35,119 nucleotides of DNA from Atractiella rhizophila (Eukaryota), in contig MU271652.1 in the NCBI GenBank assembly GCA_021432655.1, positions 1-35,119 of the forward strand, given 5' to 3'. The translations under genes and the position numbers were made by a program. The first letter of the stretch is position 1; each line of letters opens with the position of its first letter. A model generated the notes under the pieces. It saw only the letters and a program-made list of their open reading frames with translations, searched no databases and was not told where the DNA came from. Positions 25,491 through 34,103 of the stretch are shown here, piece by piece.

Positions 25491-25530
25491 GACGGGACAC
25501 TCCTTTCACCCATGGCCGTCTCAAAAATCC
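25491..25530 (-). promoter_or_regulatory. Putative -1 ribosomal frameshift signal (G GAU UUU UGA) with downstream stem at the gag-pol junction
   Basis: gag ends ..GAG GAT TTT TGA, and the -1 frame continues GGFLRRPW.. into the protease. GACGG(25520-25516)/CCGUC(25495-25491) can form a stem just 3' of the heptamer. Confidence 0.7.
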
Positions 25531-26873
25531 TCCTCCAGATCCGATGATTGAGCGACACTTGTTTTCGGCGACCGGTCGGCGATTTGCGCAGATTGTCGTT
25601 CTTGTTCTACGAGACGAGTGTCGAAATATTCTCCTTGTGCATGAAGGTATTGCTCTTTGCTCATGGACATCTTGCATTCCTTCTCTCTGTGTCCGATCTT
25701 TTGGCATCTTCGACAACGAGGCGGTCTGAACTTCGTTGCCTCCACCTCCATATCGTTGGGGTCTTTAGCTTCATGAGGTTGCGAAGCGGCGATGGGCGAC
25801 AAAGTGGCGCTCGGTCAGTACAGAGGCAGTCCGCTGTTGTCTTTCTGTTTCGTCGATTTTGAGTGATCTTTCTTTGCTGAAAGTGTATTTTGGGTTCCAC
25901 GCGTCGCCAATGAGATGCCCCGAAAGAAGCTGGAATACGCGAATTCTTCTGTGTCGATTCGCCGCGTTTTTTCCTTCCACTCTTCAAGGGACTTGCGGAA
26001 ATCACCTTGTATCACTTTAAGGTACAAAGCAGGATTAAGGCCCGTTTGAAGAAAAATGTGAGCACCTCATCATCAAAGTCTGCCTGATTTGCCAACTCTT
26101 CAAACTTGATGATGTAGGACTCCAGGTTGCCCTTCTGTTGCAGGAAGACAGTTTCGTCTGCGCAATAAGTTTGTGGTCAGTTTTGCAAAAATGCGATCTG
26201 AACTCCGACAAAAATTGCTCCCCCGAAATCTATTCCTCATTTTCGACAAGTCAGCGCAGTATCCCAGCGGCGAATTTTTCAGCATCTCATTCTTTCATAT
26301 ACAATAGAGTAAATAAGATTTTCGACTTTTCTGAAGCGAACTGTCCTGGGATGGCAGACGTGTAGACGTAAATTTCACGGAGAAAGGTCGGCACTGAGCT
26401 AGGTACTCCTTTGAAGATAGAGGGTGTGGCAAGTCTGATTCCAGCATCAGGCAAAACTTGTGCATTTTGAGGTATAGAGGGAGGAGAGTAAGTTTGGGGT
26501 ATTGGGTCTGTTCATGATAAAAAGGGGGAGGTGGTTCCACTGTCTCTAGGAGGAGGCAGTCTGGAGTCCAGTAATTGTAAAATTCGGTCGTTTGTGTTCT
26601 GGATGTCGGACCTCAGTTGCGCAATTTCGTGCGCATTGTGGGAGGTTTGTGCGTTTTGTTGGTTGAAATTTGCTATGAGGTCTTGTTCGATTTTTTTGAA
26701 CTGCTTTTCGGTTGTGAGGTGTAGAGTTTGGAACATCCTTTCTAAGCGATGGATGTGTTCTTCGCTCGTCGGCAATTCGCGCGTTTCCATATCTCCCCAA
26801 ACCTCCAACATTTTTAAGTTTGGTTTTGAAAATGAGAGAGAGTATTCTTCTGTTAGGGCTGACACTATGTGCA

Positions 26874-27516
26874 TGTCAGGCTTGCCCCTACGCATTACCG
26901 AAATGCACCATTTGAAGTCACGTGACCTACTTTACCATGCATAGGATCACGCGCCTACCCATCGCCGCTTTGCTCAATTCCGCGTTGATCGCCGCCTTCC
27001 CCTGTCTCACACGAATCGCCGCTCAGCAAACCTTAAACATTTCGCCGGTCTGCATCGTCTCCATTATTGCCTTTACTGTCCTTTCATACTTGTACTGCTT
27101 AGTATGTCTTATTTCCGAGTATTCCCTTTATTGCTTTCCTGATCTAGCTATCTTACATGTTTCAAGAAACGTATGTTACAGTTTATGGCAGTGCCTTTGC
27201 ATATGTATATATACATTGAGACGTAGTGGCGGTGACCTCAGAGTATTCTCTTAGGTTTACCTCCACTACAGGTTAGTCTTCTCATGCTATACTATTCACT
27301 TAGGTTTACCTCCACTACAGACGCATCGCCTATCGGCGACCGCACATAGTGTCAGCCCTAACAGAAGAATACTCTCCTTATTTTCGTATTTTCGAAACCA
27401 AACTTAAAAATGTCGGAAGTCTGGGGAGATATGGAAACGCGCGAACCGCCGACGAGCGAAGAACGCATCCAGCACTTAGAAAGGATGTTCCAAACTCTAC
27501 ACCTCACAACTGAAAA
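26874..27516 (+). mobile_element. 5' LTR (26874-27363), PBS and gag start (ATG 27410) of a plus-strand copy of the same family; gag truncated at ~27516
   Basis: TG..CA LTR followed by GAAGAATACTCT and MSEVWGDMETREPPTSEERIQHLERMFQTLHLTTE, paralogous to the minus-strand gag. Confidence 0.93.
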
Positions 27517-29874
27517 TGCAACAACTTGGGAAAGGAGTCTAGTTAGAACGACTTTTTGAAGAATGGTCTTTGGTACCTTTTCTCCAGTCGAACTTACCCC
27601 TCACCCCAGAACAGAAACTGACACCGAAGCAAGTCGAAAGCTATTAGCTTTTCCCCTGCTTCAAGCCTCCTCAGAAAAAACACGCACTTTTTTTGTCTTC
27701 GAGGTACAAGTGGACACGATCCTGCATATGCTGGCCGCGAATCAAGCCGCAGTTACTTAACCAGCTCGCGGCGAACAAGCAGAGAAAAGTTCCCATCTGG
27801 CCCGGCGTATACCAGCACTAAGCCCATACTCCAACTAGCGCACTAGGGTTCCTGCAGCCCCTCCTTCTCTTCAAAACTTAAAAAGCAGCAGCTTTTACAG
27901 ACGTTTTAGCCGCTAAACGCAACCATAAAGCTGCTGTAAAAAGAGTAGCGGCGACGCGAAGGGCGGTCAAAGACGCTAAAACAGTATCGCCGAGCATAGC
28001 TCCAGCTGCTACCGCCCTTCACAAGCGCTCACCATCTGTGCAGTAGACGTAACGTTGACCATCCCGTCGCTCTCTTGAGTTGAAAGGGACTCAGGGTCAA
28101 CTAGAGACCCAATACCACAGAATCGGTCAGTACTGGGTCTTAGTACAGCTGTCAGGGGTTGAGGCGGTGTCGCTTAACGGTTTGGAGTACTACTCGCCGC
28201 TAGCTTTACCCGTTTATTCGCTGTCTTACCTATCTTGGTGGGACTAACTCTCTAGGCAGCTATAATATTTGTCCCGTGACCCCTTCCTTCAACTCACTGT
28301 CCATCCAACATACGTCTTTGCTCAAAACCTCTTTATTTTCTTCATCAACGGGGCGACAGCTGCTCGCGGCTACACCGTGCAGCCGCTACCCTTACACCTA
28401 CTACCTTTCGCCAAGACTCGAAGCAAAGAAGCTTGACTGTTCTCTACGACAACAGCTTGCATTTACCTGAAACAGCATGTAAAAGCGCTGTAGACGCGTA
28501 GAAACGGAGGTTCTCCCTTTTGTGTTAAAGCCTTTACCCCTCAGAACGAGTCTTCTTCCCTTTTGACGCGTTTCGCCGCTAAACAACCTTCACTAAAAAT
28601 CTACTGCTTTTACTTAACGTTCAGCCGCTAGCCCTGTGAGGAAGGTGGGTGGCGGCAGGGTTTTTAGGAGGAGTTCTAGGCTACTAACTCGTTGTGAGCA
28701 AAAGCCGCTGGCCAGCCGCTTAACGGGTTTAACAGCAAGAACCAGGTGGTAACTGCTCATAGTTTTATAAGAGGAGACCCGTGCTTCTATAACGAGGAAC
28801 GAGTACCTGTAGCACGTATGTGAAGAGGGCCACAGGCTAGAAAAACCGTAGCGGCTGTTGCTCCTCCAGATTTGAAGCAGCGGAGGTGGAGGTATAGTAG
28901 CCCCAGAAATCGAGGTACTCGCACACCTCGCCGCAACCCACTGCTTCGCCGCTGGCCGCTGTTTCGCCGCGAGCCAGTTATGCTCTGCCCGTCAGGCGAC
29001 AAGAGAGAGACGAAGCTAAGCTAAAACTCGGTAGAGAGAACCGTCTTTTGCATAAAACCCCAGGTGCGCAGCGGTTACTCTACGGGGCTTTCTTCGACCT
29101 TATTCGTTTGAGAAGGCGTAGTTAAGCGGCTCTAAAAAGGAAGGTGAGAAGTTCCCTGAACGCCTTTAGTGGAACCTAGTGAAATTCCATGTTTCGTCCT
29201 AATTCCGGAGCAAACTTCTTTTTTTACTCGTGGAGTAGTAGTTTCAGTCGGACTAAACGGTTGAGAAGTTTGAACTACTACATCCCTGAGGTCCAAGGGG
29301 AAGACGACGTCCCTTCTGTCAAAGCAGACGCGTTATTCGAACACCAGACAGAACGTCTTTGCGCGAAACTTGAGGCTGTTTTTAACAAGGGTGCTTTAAA
29401 CAAGGAGCAAAAGCTGTTCAGCCGCGTTTTAGGGTCGCCGCTTAAAAAGGCGTAGAGGAAGAAAGTACATTCTTTCCCATTTATCCTAAAAGCTAAAAAG
29501 CAAGCCCTTAACCGGACCTTGTCATCTGCACATCTGCATTTAAAGCGCATTTTTACAGCCTCGACACAACCCATGAGGAAACTTCTAACTTCCACCCCGT
29601 TCAAACTATGGACGTATACCACGTTGAACCTGCCAAACCCCATATCTCCCTCTTCCCATTCGGACTCCACAACCCAGACAAGCGCTATTTTTCCCCCTTC
29701 ACCAAGGTGATAGAGATCCTCCTCCATCAGACCTCAGATCGTTAACATTTTAAGCCAGTAAACACAAAAACCTGCAGCCTGGAGTCAACGCGTTAAAGCA
29801 AGCGTAAGACCCTCCAAACGCGTAAAACAACCAACTTCGAACAATACTCCAGAACAAGCTCAAAAAACTTAACG
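27517..29874 (+). pseudogene. Heavily mutated coding-like sequence of unknown (probably mobile) origin, replacing or interrupting gag
   Basis: Broken protein-like + frames (LERLFEEWSLVPFLQ.., KAAAFTDVLAAKRNHKAAVKRVAA.., ALFEHQTERLCAKLEAVFNKG..) with many stops and a skewed dinucleotide composition. Confidence 0.45.
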
Positions 29875-30333
29875 NNNNNNNNNNNNNNNNNNNNNNNNNN
29901 NNNNNNNNNNNNNNNNNNNNNNNNNNNNNNNNNNNNNNNNNNNNNNNNNNNNNNNNNNNNNNNNNNNNNNNNNNNNNNNNNNNNNNNNNNNNNNNNNNNN
30001 NNNNNNNNNNNNNNNNNNNNNNNNNNNNNNNNNNNNNNNNNNNNNNNNNNNNNNNNNNNNNNNNNNNNNNNNNNNNNNNNNNNNNNNNNNNNNNNNNNNN
30101 NNNNNNNNNNNNNNNNNNNNNNNNNNNNNNNNNNNNNNNNNNNNNNNNNNNNNNNNNNNNNNNNNNNNNNNNNNNNNNNNNNNNNNNNNNNNNNNNNNNN
30201 NNNNNNNNNNNNNNNNNNNNNNNNNNNNNNNNNNNNNNNNNNNNNNNNNNNNNNNNNNNNNNNNNNNNNNNNNNNNNNNNNNNNNNNNNNNNNNNNNNNN
30301 NNNNNNNNNNNNNNNNNNNNNNNNNNNNNNNNN
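29875..30333. other. Assembly gap (459 N)
   Basis: Run of N. Confidence 1.
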
Positions 30334-30335
30334 AC

Positions 30336-33047
30336 AGATTTAGTCACATCGCAAGACCTTTATATGAACTGACCAAAAAGGAGGTTTCCTGGGCCTGGGG
30401 GGTAGATGAACGACGTTCGTTCGCCGCTTTGAAGCAGCTCATGACTTCGGCGCCCGTTTTAGCACATCCCGAACAAATAGGACGATTTTTGCTTGAAGTC
30501 GATGCGTCAAATTTCGCGACAGGCGCCGTTTTGTCGCAAATGAAGCCAGATGGGAAGTTTCACCCTCTCGGTTTCGTATCAAAATCCCTCGACGCTGCCC
30601 AGAGGAACTATGACACCTACGACAAAGAAATGCTCGCGATTATGCGAGGACTGCAAGAATGGAGACACCTTCTTCAGGGTACTGATGAGCCATTTCTGAT
30701 CTTGACCGATCACAAAAACCTTGAGTATTTCAGAATGCCACAAAAGTTGAATCGGCGACAGGCACGCTGGATCACTGAACTTGCATCTTTCAACTTCACT
30801 CTATTACACCGTCCTGGACGAAACTCCGCAAAACCAGATGCGCTCAGTCGGCGACCGGATCACAAACCGGCGACTTGCGACAACTTTGACGTAGTATTAC
30901 TCCCAGAACGTTTTTTCAACACAGATCGTATCACGATCAACGCGACTGGGAGTGTGGTTGCGCTCACTAGACAAACGTCGGAGTTGAGTATACTGGAACG
31001 CGTGAAAAAGGTACCTGATAGGGAAGAACAAGTAGTCAAAGCCTTGAGGGAGATCCTAGACGAACCAGTCGATGCAATTCGCCGACGGGAGTGGCAAGAA
31101 GTCGATGGCGCTGTCTACTTTCGCGGGAAACTCTACATTCCACGCGACGACGAAATTCGCCGCTCGATTTTGCAGGACCTGCATGATTCGCAAATCGCCG
31201 GTCATCCAGGCGTAAAATCGACGACGGCTCTTGTAAAAAGGTACTATTGGTGGCCAGGTTTAGCGCATTACGTTCGCCGCTATGTCAGCGCCTGTCACAC
31301 TTGCCACAGAACAAAAAACTTTCCTTCCCCACCTGTCGGGTTTTTGCAACCAAATGACATTCCCACACGTCGCTGGCAAATTGTCAGCATGGACTTGGTT
31401 GGACCTCTCCCAGAATCTGGGGGGTTCGACACGATTTTCGTCATAGTAGACAGACTCTCAAAACGCACCCATCTCATCCCCACCCATTCGACGATGGATG
31501 CAGAAGGCCTTGCAAGACTTTTTCGTGATCACATATGGAAGCTACATGGACTTTTCAATGTCGCAATTTTCGATCGAGGCAAAGAGTTTGTGTCCAAATT
31601 CACATCCGCGCTTTTTCGCCTATTAGGTATCAAAGGCTCACCATCGACAGCCTACCACCCGCAAAGTGATGGCCAGACTGAACGCATGAACCAAGAGGTT
31701 GAACAATATTTGCGCATTTTCTGCAATCACCTTCAAGATAACTGGGTAGAAGGACTTCCCAACGCAGAATTTGCGCTCAACAACCGCGTCAGTTCGGCGA
31801 CGGGCGTAACTCCATTTTCGCTCGATTGCGGTCAACATCCCCGCATGGCCTTTGAACCCATCTCCGACGAGGACGTTCCCGCGGCGGCGCAATTCGTCGA
31901 AAAGATGCAAATCGCCGACCGGGAAGCACAAGCGGCACTCGAGCAAGCAGCAGACCTCATGGCCAAACATTACGACAGAAAACGCGCACCGGCGCCCGAA
32001 TATCACGTCGGCGACTTCGTCTGGTTGAGCGCGAAAAACATCAAATCGACAAGACCTGTCAAAAAGAATGTCGCAATTTTCGATCGAGGCAAAGAGTTTG
32101 TGTCCAAATTCACATCCGCGCTTTTTCGCCTATTAGGTATCAAAGGCTCACCATCGACAGCCTACCACCCGCAAAGTGATGGCCAGACTGAACGCATGAA
32201 CCAAGAGGTTGAACAATATTTGCGCATTTTCTGCAATCACCTTCAAGATAATTGGGTGGAGGGACTTCCCAACGCAGAATTTGCGCTCAACAACCGCGTC
32301 AGTTCGGCGACGGGCGTAACTCCATTTTCGCTCGATTGCGGTCAACATCCCCGCATGGCCTTTGAACCCATCTCCGACGAGGACGTTCCCGCGGCGGCGC
32401 AATTCGTCGAAAAGATGCAAATCGCCGACCGGGAAGCACAAGCGGCACTCGAGCAAGCAGCAGACCTCATGGCCAAACATTACGACAGAAAACGCGCACC
32501 GGCGCCCGAATATCACGTCGGCGACTTCGTCTGGTTGAGCGCGAAAAACATCAAATCGACAAGACCTGTCAAAAAGTTGGACGACAAATGGCATGGCCCT
32601 TTTCGCGTTTTGCAAGTTTTGGGTCCCCTCAACCTTAAACTTGAGTTGCCATCCTCATGGAAGATACATCCAGTGTTCCATATAGGTCTAATACGAAAAG
32701 TCAACGAAGACGACATCCCGGGCAGAGTCCAGTTGCCCAAACCGCCTCCGGAATTGGTGAATGGAATTGAAGAATGGGAAGTGGAGAAAATTGTCGATGG
32801 AAGATGGTTCGGTACCCGGAATAGAGTTTTCAAATATCGCGTTCGATACAAAGGGTATTCACCATCTGAGGACGAATGGATCAACATCGCAGATCTAGAA
32901 AATTCGCAGGATGCCATAAAAGACTATCACACTGCACACCCTCTCGCAGTTCGTCCCGATTCCATACCGAACTCCGCAAAAAATCGCCCAAATGCACGTT
33001 TTCGTAACCTTCGACGAAAACGGGCTGAAGGGTCTTCCTCACTTTAA
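30336..33047 (+). CDS. pol: Ty3/gypsy chromovirus Pol, C-terminal part: RT connection, RNase H, integrase (HHCC, D,D35E, GPY/F), chromodomain
   Basis: LEVDASNFATGAVL, RNYDTYDKEMLAI, LTDHKNL, H..GHPG..CHTC, VSMDLV, FDRGKEF, QSDGQTERMNQ, WHGPF..HPVFH, and chromodomain EEWEVEKIV..YRVRYKGYSPSEDEW. RNaseH DNA is ~85% identical by eye to the minus-strand copy. Confidence 0.97.
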   Translation, partial: RFSHIARPLYELTKKEVSWAWGVDERRSFAALKQLMTSAPVLAHPEQIGRFLLEVDASNFATGAVLSQMKPDGKFHPLGFVSKSLDAAQRNYDTYDKEMLAIMRGLQEWRHLLQGTDEPFLILTDHKNLEYFRMPQKLNRRQARWITELASFNFTLLHRPGRNSAKPDALSRRPDHKPATCDNFDVVLLPERFFNTDRITINATGSVVALTRQTSELSILERVKKVPDREEQVVKALREILDEPVDAIRRREWQEVDGAVYFRGKLYIPRDDEIRRSILQDLHDSQIAGHPGVKSTTALVKRYYWWPGLAHYVRRYVSACHTCHRTKNFPSPPVGFLQPNDIPTRRWQIVSMDLVGPLPESGGFDTIFVIVDRLSKRTHLIPTHSTMDAEGLARLFRDHIWKLHGLFNVAIFDRGKEFVSKFTSALFRLLGIKGSPSTAYHPQSDGQTERMNQEVEQYLRIFCNHLQDNWVEGLPNAEFALNNRVSSATGVTPFSLDCGQHPRMAFEPISDEDVPAAAQFVEKMQIADREAQAALEQAADLMAKHYDRKRAPAPEYHVGDFVWLSAKNIKSTRPVKKNVAIFDRGKEFVSKFTSALFRLLGIKGSPSTAYHPQSDGQTERMNQEVEQYLRIFCNHLQDNWVEGLPNAEFALNNRVSSATGVTPFSLDCGQHPRMAFEPISDEDVPAAAQFVEKMQIADREAQAALEQAADLMAKHYDRKRAPAPEYHVGDFVWLSAKNIKSTRPVKKLDDKWHGPFRVLQVLGPLNLKLELPSSWKIHPVFHIGLIRKVNEDDIPGRVQLPKPPPELVNGIEEWEVEKIVDGRWFGTRNRVFKYRVRYKGYSPSEDEWINIADLENSQDAIKDYHTAHPLAVRPDSIPNSAKNRPNARFRNLRRKRAEGSSSL
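31557..32576 (+). repeat. In-frame 510-bp tandem duplication inside integrase (31557-32066 / 32067-32576)
   Basis: The 170-aa block NVAIFDRG...RPVKK occurs twice; only 3 synonymous differences were seen (31742/32252, 31748/32258, 31751/32261). Confidence 0.95.
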
Positions 33048-33482
33048 GGGGCCCAACACCCCTATATGCCTTGCCGGGTGAAATCCTAGTCTTTGAGACT
33101 TAGGTCAAGGCAGGGCGCCGACTTGCTCCTCAACGGGCAAGTCGGCGACTTGGTCGTTGGTGAGTCCATTCGTCGCCCGTCAAAGACGAATGCTCATTGC
33201 GTTCTCGCACCATCACCAATGTCGCACTTACGAAAATTGTCCTCAATCGCGAGGTCCCCTCCCCCTCACTTTAAGAGGTCCTACTCCTCTATATGCCTCG
33301 CTGGGTGAATCCCTAGTCATACTGTTGAACATAGGTCTAAGCGAGGCGCCGGTCTGTTCCTCAACGGACAGATCGGCGACCAGTTTGTCGGTGAGTTACT
33401 CACCCCATTTTCACAAACGGTTACTTACTGCACCAAAACAATACCGGTCAAACTTCAAAAAATCCCTCAATTGCGAGGTACA
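33030..33482 (+). ncRNA. Tandem pair of ~227-nt structured cis-acting RNA modules in the retrotransposon 3' region (unclassified)
   Basis: Two diverged copies share several helices; three show compensatory substitutions (detailed in findings). G-U pairs favour the + (genomic RNA) strand. Confidence 0.65.
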
Positions 33483-33484
33483 CA

Positions 33485-33715
33485 ATGACTTCCCCTCATC
33501 CTACACTCTGTTTGGTTTTGATGATTATTGTTTCCTATTTTTGCTTTTACCTTTTGATTCCCATCCTTATTCGCTCGACAACACATTCTTCCACGAAGAA
33601 GGCAGACCGGCGACGAGCACGCAAATCGCCGACCCGTTATACTGCGCGTTGTGTCCACGAGCGCGTGGCCCAGGCCTGTTTGGTTGCGAGCTCCAAAATA
33701 AGCTTGGGTAGCTAG
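33485..33715 (+). CDS. Candidate 76-aa small transmembrane protein with polybasic tail
   Basis: ATG 6 nt after the last hairpin of RNA module 2; TM segment LCLVLMIIVSYFCFYLLIPILI followed by KKADRRRARK. Could be a chance ORF in U-rich UTR. Confidence 0.3.
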   Translation: MTSPHPTLCLVLMIIVSYFCFYLLIPILIRSTTHSSTKKADRRRARKSPTRYTARCVHERVAQACLVASSKISLGS

Positions 33716-34103
33716 TGGGAGGAACGCCTGAGGGTCCTCCCCTAGACAGGGGAGTGTGAGTCCTGCATCACCCACTTTGCCATTGCTCTCCTCACTCACC
33801 ACAATGCCTGATGCCACCATGACACGATTTACACTTGTCGCCGCCTGGCAATTCGCCGCTGTTACGGAGGCGCAAAACGCATACATTTCAGAGATCAAAA
33901 TCACCACTCTGGACTGACTCCTCACTATCGCTGCTGCTCGAAGAAGAAACGGAATATGCATCATAATTGGAATTGCCATAGGCCTCTTGGGCTAAAGAAG
34001 GGTTTAAGTCGCCTAGTCGAAACTCAATTTCGCCGATACGACGTATTTTCTGCAACTGGCGATGGGTCAGGTGCCCTACGATGCCTAAACAACATCTAGA
34101 TAG

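Larger units (their letters stand above)
22680..26872 (-). mobile_element. Decayed Ty3/gypsy LTR retrotransposon (gag-PR-RT-RNaseH), interrupted by two solo LTRs; only 22 bp of its 5' LTR remain in the window
   Basis: gag ATG at 26811, CCHC knuckle CRRCQKIGHREKEC, protease [61 protein letters not shown] and FLGFTNFY, RNaseH KSLDAAQRNYDTYDKEMLAI at ~22700-22800. Many stops and frameshifts. Confidence 0.93.

Noticed and set aside
29793..30347. 184-aa ORF of X residues
   Set aside because: Artefact of the N gap.
33060..33410. Assigning the 3' RNA modules to HDV-like, hammerhead or hairpin ribozymes
   Set aside because: The helix order loosely resembles HDV (P1-P2-P3-P1'-P4-P2'), but the 3-bp P3/L3, P1.1 and short J4/2 core are absent. 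There is no CUGANGA/GAAA hammerhead core and no hairpin loop-B motif.
33467..33979. 170-aa minus-strand ORF in the element 3' region
   Set aside because: No motif; largely the antisense shadow of plus-strand frames, so it cannot be supported.
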